64,000 nt of DNA, from assembly GCA_963782705.1 (NCBI GenBank), contig CAWAKX010000014.1:10201-74200 (forward strand), read 5' to 3'. The translations under genes were made by a program, and so were the position numbers. Below, piece after piece: positions 10,872 to 21,907 of this stretch. How positions within the stretch are numbered: the first letter of the stretch is position 1; each line of letters begins with the position of its first letter. The DNA is from an uncultured Actinomycetes bacterium. Lineage in GTDB: Bacteria; Actinomycetota; Acidimicrobiia; IMCC26256; DASPTH01. The notes beneath the pieces are model-generated. The model saw only the letters and a list, made by a program, of their open reading frames with translations. It did not search any database and was not told the DNA's origin.

Positions 10872-10938
10872 AGTCGCCACCGCGCCGGTCGTCGCTTGGA
10901 CGGCGGCCCGGCGGACCCACACAGGGAGTGTCGAGACG

Positions 10939-11724
10939 TTGAGCGTGGATGACGAGCTGAAGGTCGAGCGACGTGGGCGCGTGCTCGTGGTCACCATCGA
11001 TCGCCAGGACCGCCTGAACGCACTGAGCGACGGTGTGCACGTGGCGCTCACCGAGACCTGGCACGCGGCCAAGGCCGACCCCGAGCTGCGGGCGATCGTC
11101 ATCACCGGCGCCGGCACCCGGGCGTTCTGCACCGGCATGGACCTCAAGGGCATCCAGGAGCGCGGCGGGTTCCGCGAGACCAAGGACGACGTCCACGAGG
11201 AGATGGACACCACGCCGATGGAATGCGACTGCTGGCTGCCCACGGTCGTGGCGGTCAACGGCGTGACCGCCGGCGCGGGCTTCCACTTCATCGCCGATGC
11301 CGACGTGGTGATCGCCTCGTCCACCGCCACCTTCACCGACACGCACGTGAGCGTCGGTCAGGTCACCGCGCTGGAGCCGATCACGCTCATGCCGCGCATC
11401 GGCCTCGGCAACGCCCTGCGGCTCGCGGTGCTCGGCAAGCACCTGCGCATGAACGCCGAGGAGGCCCTGCGCATCTCGCTCGTCGACGAGATCGTGGAGC
11501 CCGACCAGTTGCTCGACCGGGCCATCGAGCTGGCCGAGAAGATCGCCACGGGGTCGCCGGCCGCGATCGAGGCGTCGAAGCGGTCGATCCGCCAGGCGCT
11601 CGAGCTGCCGATGCGCGACGCCATGCAGTACGGCTGGGAGCTGCTCCTGGCCCACCGGGAGCACCCCGACGCCACGGAGGGGCCGCTCGCCTTCGCCGAG
11701 AAGAGGGAAGCGCAATGGCAGTGA
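10939..11724 (+). CDS. Enoyl-CoA hydratase/isomerase (crotonase family)
   Basis: The protein contains VVTIDRQDRLNALS, ITGAGTRAFCTGMDLK and AVNGVTAGAGFHF. The start is TTG 10939 or GTG 10945, after GGGAG at 10924-10928. The reading frame is intact. Confidence 0.8.
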   Translation: MSVDDELKVERRGRVLVVTIDRQDRLNALSDGVHVALTETWHAAKADPELRAIVITGAGTRAFCTGMDLKGIQERGGFRETKDDVHEEMDTTPMECDCWLPTVVAVNGVTAGAGFHFIADADVVIASSTATFTDTHVSVGQVTALEPITLMPRIGLGNALRLAVLGKHLRMNAEEALRISLVDEIVEPDQLLDRAIELAEKIATGSPAAIEASKRSIRQALELPMRDAMQYGWELLLAHREHPDATEGPLAFAEKREAQWQ

Positions 11725-12938
11725 CCGAATCGGACACCGGCGGCGTCGACGTCGACGCGCTCACCGCCGAGGTCGAGGAATGGGTCCGCGGGCGACTGCC
11801 CGCGGAGTGGATCGACGCCATCGACCGCGACGACGCCGACGCGCTGTTCACGGCGCGTGAGCTGGTCGACGAGAAGCAGTGGTGGCTCGACCTGGCCGAC
11901 AAGGGCTACATGACGCCCACCTGGCCGGTGGAGTACGGCGGTCTCGGCGTCTCCAACAAGGTCGGCGCCGCGGTGATGCGCACGCTCGGCACGTACAAGG
12001 TGCCGCGCACGAAGAACCCGATCGGCCTCGACCTCGCCGCGCCCGCGATCCTGCACTTCGGCAGCGACGAGGTGAAGGAGAAGTTCCTCCGGCGCATCGC
12101 CCGCCACGAGGACATCTGGTGCCAGCTCTTCTCCGAGCCCGGCGCCGGCTCCGACCTCGCGAGCATGGCCACGCGCGCGGTGCGCGACGGCGACGAGTGG
12201 ATCGTCAACGGGCAGAAGGTCTGGACGAGCATGGGCGACATCTCGTCGTACGGCATCCTGCTCGCCCGCACCGATCCCGACGTGCCGAAGCGCCAGGGCA
12301 TCTCGTTCTTCCTCATCGACATGCACCAGCCCGGCATCACCGTGCGCCCGCTCGTGCAGATCACCGGCGACGCCGAGTTCTGCGAGACCTTCCTCGACGA
12401 CGCGCGGGTGCCCGACGCGTGGCGCCTCGGTGAGCTCAACGACGGCTGGAACGTGTCGAAGTTCGTGCTCGCCAACGAACGCAACGCGCTCGCGGGCAGC
12501 AGCCACGCGGTCGGCCGCACCGTCTCCGCGCTGGTGAAGCACCACGGAGCGATCACCGACCCCGCGATGCGCCAGCGCGTCGCGCAGGCGTGGATGAACG
12601 AGAAGGTGGCGTCGCTCACCGGGCAGCGTTCCGCCGCCCGCCGCAAGGCCGGCCAGGCCGGGCCCGAGGGCTCGGTGATGAAGCTCATGGTGAGCCAGAA
12701 CGCGCAGGAGCTGCAGAACCTGGCGCTCGACCTCGAGGGTCCGCACGGCCAGGCCTACGACCCCGACGACCGCTGGTTGCGGAACACCGCATGGTCGTTC
12801 CTGCGCATCCGGTCGCGCAGCATCGCCGGTGGCACGTCGGAGGTGCAGCGCAACATCCTCGGCGAGCGGGTCCTCGGCCTGCCCCAGGAGCCCGATCCCT
12901 ACCGCGGGATGCCCTGGTCCGAGGTGCCGCGGTCCTGA
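11715..12938 (+). CDS. Acyl-CoA dehydrogenase
   Basis: The ATG is at 11715. The protein contains WCQLFSEPGAGSDLASM, VNGQKVWTSMG and GGTSEVQRNILGERVLGLP. The reading frame is intact. Confidence 0.85.
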   Translation: MAVTESDTGGVDVDALTAEVEEWVRGRLPAEWIDAIDRDDADALFTARELVDEKQWWLDLADKGYMTPTWPVEYGGLGVSNKVGAAVMRTLGTYKVPRTKNPIGLDLAAPAILHFGSDEVKEKFLRRIARHEDIWCQLFSEPGAGSDLASMATRAVRDGDEWIVNGQKVWTSMGDISSYGILLARTDPDVPKRQGISFFLIDMHQPGITVRPLVQITGDAEFCETFLDDARVPDAWRLGELNDGWNVSKFVLANERNALAGSSHAVGRTVSALVKHHGAITDPAMRQRVAQAWMNEKVASLTGQRSAARRKAGQAGPEGSVMKLMVSQNAQELQNLALDLEGPHGQAYDPDDRWLRNTAWSFLRIRSRSIAGGTSEVQRNILGERVLGLPQEPDPYRGMPWSEVPRS

Positions 12939-14515
12939 TGAGCGACGACACGAACCCGCGGACCCTGGCCGAGATCGCGCTGCTGCGCACCCGGCAGGAC
13001 CCGAGCACCCCGTACCTGCTCACCATCGCCGACGACGAGCCCTACGAGGTCTGCACGCGCTCCTACGGGCTGGTGGCGTCGCAGGCCGCCGCGCTGGCCC
13101 GGGCGCTGCGCGAGGCCGGGGTGGCCCCCGGCGACAACGTCGGGTGCTACCTCACCAACTCCCCGAGCTGGGTGGTGGCGTCGCTCGCGGTCTGGTGGAG
13201 CGGCGCGGTGGTCGCCGCGGTGGGCACGCTGCTCCCCGCGGTCGAGGCCGAGCGGCTCTTCGAGCTCGCCGACGTCTCCGTGGTCATCGCGCTGGAGGAC
13301 GCGCCGGAGCTCCCCGACGCCTACACGGTGCTGCGCGTCGACCCCGACGGTCGGCTGCTCGGCGCCCCCGAGGTCGGCGACGACGAATGGCGCGCCGCCG
13401 CAGATGCCGGCGAGCTGCGGCTCCCCGCGGCCGACGACTTCGCGGTCGCGATCTTCACGTCGGGCACCACGGGGAAGCCCAAGGGCATCGTGCACAGCCA
13501 CTTCGACATCGTCGAGGGCGCGCACCGCGTCGCCGCGGCCTACGCCCGCAACAGCGACTACCGGCCGCAGCCCGCGCCGCCGCACCTGGCGCCCGGTGTC
13601 ATCTTCAACCCGTTCGGGCACATGGCCGGGATCTCCCGCCTGGCGTTCCGGATGTGGATCGGCCGCTCGTCGCTGCTCGTGCCCAAGTTCACCGTGGCCG
13701 CGGCCACGGCGCTGTTCTCGCGCTACGAGATGGACTCGCTGCAGCTCACGCCGGCGATGATCCACATGCTGGCCACCACCGAGGAGCCGCTCGAGCTGCG
13801 CGGCGTGAAGTACGTGACCTCGGGAACCGCGCCGTTGCCCACCGCGACGCGCGAGCGGTTCGAGACGCGCTACTCCGTCCCGATCATGCAGGCCTACGGC
13901 ATGACCGAGACCGGGGCCGTGGCCCAGGAGCGCTACGACGACGTGATGGCCGGTCGGCGGGGCCCCGGTTCGGTCGGGCGCATCGCCGAGGGCATCGAGG
14001 TGAAGATCCTCCCGCTCGACGACGACCGTCCCGCGGGTGAGGGCGAGATCCTGGTGAAGACCGACGAGCTCACCGAGGAGTTCATCGGCGGCGACAAGGT
14101 GCCGCTCGACGACGAGGGCTGGTTCCACACCGGCGACGTCGGCCGCATCGACGACGGCATCCTGTACATCACCGGTCGCGTGCAGGAGAAGATCATCGTC
14201 GGCGGGTTCAACGTGTACCCGGCCGAGGTCGAGGAGCACCTGCGCCGGTCGCCGCTCGTCCACGAGGCGGTGGTGGTGTCGATCCCCGACGAGCGCCTCG
14301 GCGAGCTGCCCGTGGCCGGCATCGTGTGGGAAGGCGAGGCCGACGACGCCGCGGTGATCGCCGAGCTGCGCGGCGAGCTCGCGCACTACAAGGTGCCGCG
14401 CCACCTGTTCCCGCTCGACGACGTGCCCCGCACGCCCCGCGACAAGGTCGACCGCAAGCGCGCCGCCGAGCTGGCCCGCGAGGCGCTCGGCATCACCGAC
14501 CCCGCCGACGACTGA
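12938..14515 (+). CDS. AMP-dependent acyl-CoA synthetase/ligase
   Basis: The ATG overlaps the upstream stop (TGATG). The protein contains IFTSGTTGKPKGIVHSH, YGMTETG, GWFHTGDVG and the terminal YKVPR. The reading frame is intact. Confidence 0.9.
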   Translation: MSDDTNPRTLAEIALLRTRQDPSTPYLLTIADDEPYEVCTRSYGLVASQAAALARALREAGVAPGDNVGCYLTNSPSWVVASLAVWWSGAVVAAVGTLLPAVEAERLFELADVSVVIALEDAPELPDAYTVLRVDPDGRLLGAPEVGDDEWRAAADAGELRLPAADDFAVAIFTSGTTGKPKGIVHSHFDIVEGAHRVAAAYARNSDYRPQPAPPHLAPGVIFNPFGHMAGISRLAFRMWIGRSSLLVPKFTVAAATALFSRYEMDSLQLTPAMIHMLATTEEPLELRGVKYVTSGTAPLPTATRERFETRYSVPIMQAYGMTETGAVAQERYDDVMAGRRGPGSVGRIAEGIEVKILPLDDDRPAGEGEILVKTDELTEEFIGGDKVPLDDEGWFHTGDVGRIDDGILYITGRVQEKIIVGGFNVYPAEVEEHLRRSPLVHEAVVVSIPDERLGELPVAGIVWEGEADDAAVIAELRGELAHYKVPRHLFPLDDVPRTPRDKVDRKRAAELAREALGITDPADD

Positions 14516-14530
14516 GCCCCCCCCGTTTTG

Positions 14531-14562
14531 GCGCTCTCGCGCGATAGACGCGCGAGAAGCGC
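14531..14562. terminator. Hairpin between convergent genes
   Basis: TCTCGCGCG (14535-14543) and CGCGCGAGA (14549-14557) form a perfect 9-bp stem with the loop ATAGA. The stem can be extended by GCGC/GCGC with one bulged base. There is no clear U-tract. Confidence 0.4.
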
Positions 14563-14581
14563 AAGAACGGGAAGGGGTGGG

Positions 14582-16927
14582 TCAGGCGGCGCCGACGGCG
14601 CGGAGGAGCTCGAACACGTCGTTGGGCCCGAGGGGCTGCGACCGGATCTCCGCGCCGAGGGGCGCGAGCGCGTCGGCCACCGCGTTGGCGAGCGCGGGCG
14701 GGCTGGCGATCGCACCACCCTCGCCCATGCCCTTGTGCCCACCGGCGTTGGTGGGGGCGTGGGTCTCGATGTGGCCGTACTCGATCGTGGGCACCTCGGA
14801 CGGCGGTGGGCAGCAGGTAGTCCATGAAGGTGGTGGCGAGCGGGTTGCCGGCCTCGTCGTAGGGCAGGTGCTCGTAGAACACGCCACCGATGCCCTGCAC
14901 GACGCCGCCGGCGATCTGACCCTCCACCACGTTGGGGTTGATCATCACGCCGCAGTCCTCGCTCACGACGTAGCGCAGGATCTCGACCTTGCCGGTGGCG
15001 CGGTCGACCTCGACCACGCAGATGTGGCACGCGTTCGACCACGTCACGAAGCCGTCGGGCTGGTAGCGCACCAGGTCCTCGAGGCCCAGGCCCTGGCCCG
15101 CCGGGATCGCGTGCGGCGAGAAGTGCGCGGTCTGCGCGATCTCCTGGAAGGTGAGGTGGCGGTCGGGCGAGCCGACCACCCGCACCTGGCTGTCGACGAT
15201 CTCGAGGTCCTCGGGGGCGCACTCGAGGGACTGGGCCGCGATGGCCACGATGCGTCCGCGCACGAGCTTGGCCGCGTCGCGCGCCGAGCTGCCGGCGATG
15301 ACCGCGGCGCGGCTGCCACCGGAGCCGCCCGACGGCGGGTTGACGTCGGTGTCGCCCTGGAGCACGCGCGACGCGTCGAGAAGTCGACCCCGAGCTCGTC
15401 GGCCACGATCTGCGCGAGCGTCGTCTCCACGCTCTGGCCGTTGCTGATCGAACTGGTGATGACGTCGACGGTGCCGCCCACGTTGACCCGCACCGTGGTC
15501 GCCTCGCTCGACATCGCGCCGAACGCCATCGCGGAGGGCTCGGCGAGCAGGGAGATGCCGATGCCGACCAGGCGACCCTCGGCGCGCCACTGCGCCTGCT
15601 GCGCGCGGAGCTCGTCGTACCCGATCATCTCGGCGGCCTGTTCGAGCGTGGCCGCCGCGGTCATCTGGTCGTAGGCCATCCCCGACGCCATGGTGTAGGG
15701 CATGTCGTCGTCGTGGAGCACGTTGCGACGACGCAGCTCCAGGGGGTCGATCCCGAGGTGCGCGGCGACGCGGTCGACCATCTGCTCGCGCACGACGGTC
15801 TCGATCATCCACGGTCCGCGGTACGCGCCGCGGCCGGTGGTGTTCGTGTGCACGGTGCGGCCGGTGCCCGCGTACTTCGCGACCTTGTAGGGCCCGGGGA
15901 AGAGCATGTTGGAGAAGATGAGGGTCTGACCGCCCGGCGCGGGGTACGAACCCGCGCTCTCGACGAAGTCGACGCGCATGGCGAGGAACCGGCCGTCGTC
16001 GTCGGTGGCGACGGTGACGGTGGCTTCGTCCTCGCGCGAGTGCGGCGAGCACAGGAGGTGCTCGCGGCGGTCCTCGATCCACTTCACCGGGCGGCCGAGG
16101 AGGAACGTGGCGATCACCGCGGCCAGCTCCTCGGTGGCCGGCCACATCTTGGAGCCGAAGGCGCCGCCCACGTCGGGCATGATCACGTGCACCTGGCTGG
16201 CGTCGAGCCCGAGCATCCGCGCGTACTGGCCCCGGACCCCGAACGGTCCCTGGGTCGACGCGTACACCGTGAGCTGTCGCACGAACGGGTCCCAGCTGGC
16301 GACGGTGCCGCGGGTCTCCATCGGCACGCACGCGTAGCGGTGCTGGCGGAAGGTCTCGGTGAGGGTGACGGGCGCGGCGGCGAGGTCGGCGTCGAGCACG
16401 CTCGGGTCACCGGCGGGGAGCTCCTCCACGTTCGACGTCGCGCCCGCGTGCACGATCGGGCGCGTCGGGCTCGAGGGCGCGGCGGTAGTCGACGACCGCG
16501 CTCCTCGACCTCGATGTCGATCACCACGAGCTCGAGCGCGTCCTCGGCGACGTAGCGGGACCGGGCGACGACCATGACGACCGGTTCGCCGACGAAGCGG
16601 ACCGTCGCCGTCGGCGAGGAGGCTGAACGGCCGGTGCCCGGCGTGGTCGAGCTCCTGCTCCACGCGGTGGTCGAGCACCCGCGGGTTGAGGTCGGCGGCG
16701 GTGTACACCGCGACCACGCCCGGCAGCTCGCGGGCCGCGCTCACGTCGATCGCCACGATGCGGCCGCGGGCGACGTCGCTGCGGGCGAAGGCGGCGTGGA
16801 GCATCCCCGGGAGGGTGATGTCGTCGACGTAGCGGCCGTGACCGGTGAGGAACCGGGCGTCCTCCGAGCGGGCGACCCGCTGGCCCACGAAGCGGTGGCC
16901 GGCGCTGGTCTCGGGTGTCTCGGTCAT
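14582..16927 (-). pseudogene. Xanthine dehydrogenase/CoxL-family molybdopterin-binding large subunit, copy 1, about 4 frame changes
   Basis: The segments are MTETPETSAGHRFVGQRVARSEDARFLTGHGRY and VARSRYVAEDALELVVIDIEVEE (other frame), followed by PMETRGTVASWDP...TTGRGAYRGPWMIET. The C-terminal segments are VLQGDTDVNPPSGGSGGSR...VSEDCGVMINPNVVEGQIAGGVVQG and a final segment, PSEVPTIEYGHIETHAPTNAGGHKGMGEGG. The junctions are near 16600, 16490, 15375 and 14810. Confidence 0.8.
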
Positions 16928-17023
16928 GGTGGTCTCCCTCGGTGCCGAAGCGGGCCGCAGCCTAGGCTCCCGGCAGTCGTCGTGGCCCTCCCACCGGTGT
17001 GGAGGGCACATGAGGAGGCAGAC

Positions 17024-17772
17024 GTGAAGCTCGAGGGACGGGTCGGAGTGGTCTTCGGGGCCGCGTCGGGGATCGGCGCGGCGTGCGCGCAGGCCCTGAC
17101 CGCCGAGGGCGAGTCGGTGGTGGTCGCCGACGTGAACGAGGAGCGCGCCGCGCAGGTCATCGCCGGCATCGAGGCGGCCGGCGGCACCGCGTCGTTCGTG
17201 TTCACCGACATCACGGTCGAGGACCAGGTGCGCGACGCGATCAAGGCGGCCGTCGATCGCTACGGGCGGCTCGACACCGTGGTCACCAGCGCCGGCGCCC
17301 CCATCTCCGGCGGAATTGGCACCGCGCCATCGACATGTTCCTCAAGGGTCCCTACTACGCGTCGCTCCACTCGGTCGACGACCTGGAGCGCGCCGGCGGC
17401 GGCACGCTGATCCACGTCGGGTCGATCGCGTCGATCCGCGGGTCGCTCATGGCGCCCGACGTCGAGCGCACCGGGTACCCGTCGGCCAAGCACGGCGTGC
17501 TCGGCCTGAGCCGCACGCTCGCGCTCGCCTACGGCCCGAAGAACATCCGCGTCAACGTGGTGTGCCCCGGGTACATCAAGTCGGAGCTCACGCGCAGCCT
17601 GTACGAGGCGCCCGACGGCGACGCGTTCGTGACCGAGCGCCTGCACGTGCCGCTCGGCCGGTGGGGCGAGCCCGAGGACATCGGCAAGGTGGTGGCGTTC
17701 CTCGCCAGCGACGACGCCTCGTTCATCAGCGGACAGGCGATCGTCGTCGACGGCGGTCTCACCGCCCGTTGA
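17024..17772 (+). pseudogene. SDR, one frame change
   Basis: The GTG at 17024 follows a GAGGAGG ribosome-binding site. The first segment is GRVGVVFGAASGIGAACA. After a junction near 17315 comes WHRAIDMFLKGPYY...YPSAKHGVLGL...IVVDGGLTAR. Confidence 0.75.
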
Positions 17773-17795
17773 CCCGAGCGACACGAGGAGTGGCC

Positions 17796-19076
17796 ATGAG
17801 CAGCCAGGGGACCGGGCGACAGATCGTCATCTCCACCGACGGGCACTGCGGCGCCGACCTGCCCGACTACAAGCCGTACCTGGAGCAGCGGTACCAGGAC
17901 GAGTTCGACGCCTGGGCCGCGACGTTCCACGACGCGTGGGCCGACGAGCTCGACCAGGACCGGCCGGTCGACAACCGCGCGGGCGTGGCGTCGGCGGCGT
18001 CGCACCTCAACTGGGACGGCGCCGCGCGCAACGCGTACCTCGACGGTCAGGGGATCGCGGCCGAGGTGCTGTTCCCCAACACGCCGCCGCCGTTCTACCC
18101 GTCGGGCGTGCTCACGTCGCCCGGCCCGCGCTCGCGGGAGGAGTACGAGCTGCGCTTCGCCGGCCTGCGCGCCCACAACCGTTGGCTCGCGGAGTTCTGC
18201 GCCGAGGAGCCCGACCGCCGCGCCGGCTTCGCCCAGATCTTCCTCGAGGACATCGACGAGTCGATCGCCGAGGTGCGACGCGCGAAGGAGGCCGGGCTCA
18301 AGGGCGTGCTGCTGCCGGGCGACCACGTGCTGAAGATGGCCAACCTCTACTACCCGGAGCTCGACCCGCTCTGGGCGGTGTGCGCGGAGCTCGGCCTGCC
18401 GATCCACCGCCACGCCGCGGCGCCCACGGAGTCGGTGTACGAGGGCGGCAAGGCCTCGCAGCTCGTGCACTTCGTGGAGATCCAGTTCTACTCCGGGCGG
18501 GCGATCAGCCACCTGATCTTCGCGGGCGTGTTCGAGCGCTACCCGGACCTCCGGTTCGTCACCACCGAGATCGCGAGCGCGACCGAGGTCAAGGAGGTGC
18601 TCGACCGCATGGACATGATGGCGCGCCTGCGCGACATGGGGACGGGCACGCCCTTCTACGCGCACGTGAAGGACGCGCTCGACGAGCTGCGCCGGCTGCC
18701 GAGCGAGTACTTCGCGAGCAACTGCTACATCGCCGGTCCGCACGACCTCCGGCGCGGCTACGAGCACGGGGTGCCGAACCTGATGTGGGGCGCCGACCTG
18801 CCCCACTCCGAGGGCACGGCGCCCTTCACCGTCGAGTCGCTGCGAGCCGAGCTGTGGGACCTGCCGACCGAGGTGCGCTCGACGCTCCTCGCCGATCGCG
18901 CCGCCGAGGTCTACGGGTTCGATCGCGCGCGCCTGCAGCCGATCGCGGACCGCATCGGCCCGACGCAGGACGAGCTCGACACGCCGCTCGCCGACGACGA
19001 GTGGCCGGCCTACCCCGTGGACACCTGCTGTTCGGTGTTCCGCGGGCGACCCGCGGCCGCGGCCGCGAGCAGCTGA
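17796..19076 (+). CDS. PF04909-type amidohydrolase
   Basis: The protein contains MSSQGTGRQIVISTDGHCGADL and NLMWGADLPHSEGTAPF. The reading frame is intact. Confidence 0.8.
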   Translation: MSSQGTGRQIVISTDGHCGADLPDYKPYLEQRYQDEFDAWAATFHDAWADELDQDRPVDNRAGVASAASHLNWDGAARNAYLDGQGIAAEVLFPNTPPPFYPSGVLTSPGPRSREEYELRFAGLRAHNRWLAEFCAEEPDRRAGFAQIFLEDIDESIAEVRRAKEAGLKGVLLPGDHVLKMANLYYPELDPLWAVCAELGLPIHRHAAAPTESVYEGGKASQLVHFVEIQFYSGRAISHLIFAGVFERYPDLRFVTTEIASATEVKEVLDRMDMMARLRDMGTGTPFYAHVKDALDELRRLPSEYFASNCYIAGPHDLRRGYEHGVPNLMWGADLPHSEGTAPFTVESLRAELWDLPTEVRSTLLADRAAEVYGFDRARLQPIADRIGPTQDELDTPLADDEWPAYPVDTCCSVFRGRPAAAAASS

Positions 19077-19108
19077 ACCAGGTCCACTGCGACAGGGAAG
19101 GGCAACCG

Positions 19109-20041
19109 ATGGGTGAGTTGAGGTTCGACGGGAAGGTCGCGATCGTCACCGGTGGTGCGCGCGGCGTGGGCCGGGCCCACGCGCTGAACCTGGCGACGCG
19201 CGGCGCCCAGGTCGTGGTCGCCGATCTCGGTGGTCCGGTCGACGGCGCGGCGGTGGCGTCGAGCGGTCCGGCCGACGAGCTCGTCGCGGAGATCGCCGCG
19301 CTCGGCGGCGAGGCCGTCGCCTGCGTCGCGTCGGTCGCCGAGGAGGAGGGCGCGGCGAAGATCGTCCAGACCGCGATCGACGCGTTCGGTCACCTCGACA
19401 TCGTGATCAACAACGCGGGGATCGCCGACCCCGAGCTCTTCGTCGACCACACCCTCGACCAGTTCCGCACGATGCTCGCGGTGCAGTACCTCGGCACGGT
19501 GTACGTGTGCAAGGCGGCATGGCCGCACCTGGTCGCGCAGGGGTCCGGACGGATCGTGAACACGTGCTCCGAGGGCCCGCTCGGGATCCACCGCAAGCTC
19601 ACCACCTACGGCGGCGCGAAGGGCGGCGTGATCGGCTTCACCCTCACCCTGGCGGCGGAGGGTCCCGCGCACGGGATCGCGGTGAACGGATTCTCGCCGC
19701 GGGCGTTCACGCGTCTCTCGTCGCCCGAGATCATGGCGAAGACCTACGACGCGCCGCCCGAGGTGTTCGAGACGAGCATGCTGCCCTACACGCCGGAGCT
19801 CGCGTCGCCGGCGGCGATCTACCTCGCCCACGAGTCGTGCGACCTCAACGGCGTGATGCTCGTGTGCGGCGGCGGCCAGGTGCTGCGCATGGCGTTCGCC
19901 CAGAACGACGGTCTGCAGCACGACGCGATGACGCCGGAGTTCATCGCCGAGCACGTCGACGAGATCGTCGACATGAGCAACGCGCACATCGTGGCGCTCG
20001 GCGAAGCCGACCGCCACCACGACGCCGACCGGGAGCACTGA
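19109..20041 (+). CDS. SDR (hydroxyacyl-CoA/hydroxysteroid dehydrogenase-like)
   Basis: The protein contains GKVAIVTGGARGVGRAHA, NNAGI and YGGAKGG. The reading frame is intact. Confidence 0.85.
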   Translation: MGELRFDGKVAIVTGGARGVGRAHALNLATRGAQVVVADLGGPVDGAAVASSGPADELVAEIAALGGEAVACVASVAEEEGAAKIVQTAIDAFGHLDIVINNAGIADPELFVDHTLDQFRTMLAVQYLGTVYVCKAAWPHLVAQGSGRIVNTCSEGPLGIHRKLTTYGGAKGGVIGFTLTLAAEGPAHGIAVNGFSPRAFTRLSSPEIMAKTYDAPPEVFETSMLPYTPELASPAAIYLAHESCDLNGVMLVCGGGQVLRMAFAQNDGLQHDAMTPEFIAEHVDEIVDMSNAHIVALGEADRHHDADREH

Positions 20042-20042
20042 C

Positions 20043-20846
20043 GTGGAGAGCACCCCCGAAGGGTCCCTGCCGCTCGCCGGCCAGGTCGCCATCGTCACCG
20101 GCGGGGCGTCGGGGATCGGCCTCGCCGCCTCGCTGCTGCTCGGGCGCAACGGCGCGACCGTCGTGGTGTTCGGCCGCGACGAGGTGGCGGGCGTGGCCGC
20201 GGTGGCGCAACTGCACGACCTCGGTGCACGCGGCGCGTTCTTCGCCGTCGACCTCGCCGACGCCGACGCGATCGCGCCGGCCGTCGACCGGGTGGTGGAG
20301 GAGTTCGGGGCGGTCGACATCCTGGTGAACAACGCCGCGGTCCGGGGGATCGGCGCGCCGCGTGGCAGCACCGGGCTGTTCGACATCAGCGCCGACGACT
20401 GGGACTTCGTGCAGGCGGTGAACCTCCGGGCGCCGTTCCTGCTCGTCCGCGAAGCGGCCCGGCACATGATCGATCAGGGCCACGGCGGGCACATCGTGAA
20501 CGTCACGTCGAGCGCGGCGTTCCAGGCCAAGCGGACGTCGCCGCACTACGCGGCGTCGAAGGCCGCGCTCACGTCGCTCACCCGCACCGCGGCCGCGGAG
20601 TTGGGGGTGCACGGCATCAACGTGAACGCCGTCGCGCCCGGGCTCACCCGCACGCCGTACCGCGAGGAGCGCATGAGCAGCCCCGACGGGTTCGAACGTC
20701 TCGTGTCGGAGGGCCCGTTCGAGAACCTGCTGCACAGCGTGGCCGAGTCGGAGGACGTCGCCGAGGTGATCCTGTTCCTGTGCCTGCCGGCGAGCCGACA
20801 GCTCACGGCGCAGACGCTGCACACCAGCGCGGGGTTCATCCTCTGA
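20043..20846 (+). CDS. SDR
   Basis: The protein contains GQVAIVTGGASGIGLA, NNAAV and YAASKAAL. The reading frame is intact. Confidence 0.85.
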   Translation: MESTPEGSLPLAGQVAIVTGGASGIGLAASLLLGRNGATVVVFGRDEVAGVAAVAQLHDLGARGAFFAVDLADADAIAPAVDRVVEEFGAVDILVNNAAVRGIGAPRGSTGLFDISADDWDFVQAVNLRAPFLLVREAARHMIDQGHGGHIVNVTSSAAFQAKRTSPHYAASKAALTSLTRTAAAELGVHGINVNAVAPGLTRTPYREERMSSPDGFERLVSEGPFENLLHSVAESEDVAEVILFLCLPASRQLTAQTLHTSAGFIL

Positions 20847-20868
20847 GCCGCCGCATACGCTCGGCGCC

Positions 20869-21907
20869 ATGAAGTACCGCACGTTGGGCACCACGGGAGT
20901 CAGGGTCAGCGAGCTGTGCCTCGGCGCGATGATGCTCGGCGGGTGGGGCAACACCGACCACGACGACTGCATCCGCATCGTGCACGCGGCGCTCGACGCC
21001 GGCGTCAACTTCGTCGACACCGCCGACGTGTACGGCGGTGGTGAGTCGGAGCAGATCCTGGCCAAGGCGCTGCGCGGCCGGCGCGACGACGTCGTGCTCG
21101 CGACGAAGTGCCACCTCCCGATGGGCGACGAGCCCAACCACCGGGGATCGTCGCGGCGCTGGATCATCAGGGCGTGCGAGGACAGCCTGCGCCGCCTCGA
21201 CACCGACCACGTCGACCTGTACCAGATCCATCGTCTCGACGCCCGCGCCGATCACGACGAGACGCTCGGCGCGCTGAGCGATCTCGTGCACGCGGGCAAG
21301 GTGCGCTACCTCGGCAGCTCCACCTACCCGACCTCCGCGATCGTGGAGGCCCAGTGGGTGGCCGAGCGCCGCGGCCGCGAGCGCTTCGTCTGCGAGCAGC
21401 CGCCCTACTCGCTGCTCTACCGGGCGATCGAGGCCGACATGCTGCCCACGTGCCAACGCCACGGGATGGGCGTGATCTCGTGGGGTCCGCTGGGTGGCGG
21501 TTGGCTGTCGGGCCGGTGGCGCAAGGGGGCGACGGAGATGTCGAGCAACCGCGTGCAGCTCGTCGCCGCGCCGGTACGACCTCTCCCTCGCCGAGAACCA
21601 GCACAAGCTCGACGTGGTGGAGGAGCTGGCGCTGCTCGCCGAGGAGGTGGGCATCTCGCTGATCCACCTCGGGATCGCGTTCGTGCTCGAGCACCCGGCG
21701 ATCACCGCGGCCATCATCGGCCCGCGCACGATGGAGCACCTCGAGAGCCAGATCGGCGCGGCCGACGTGCGCCTCGACGCCGCGGTGCTCGACCGCATCG
21801 ACGCGATCGTCCGCCCGGGGACCAACGTGCTGAGCGCCGATTCCGGCTACGTGCCGCCGGCACTCGCCCGTGCCGCGGCTCCGCCGGCAGGCGCCGGCCG
21901 CGACTAG
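20869..21907 (+). pseudogene. Aldo-keto reductase, one frame change
   Basis: The first segment is MKYRTLGTTGVRVSELCLGAMMLGGWG...DTADVYGGGESE...DLYQIHR. After a junction near 21565 comes RYDLSLAENQHKLDVVEELALLAEEVGISL...IIGPRTMEHLE. Confidence 0.8.
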
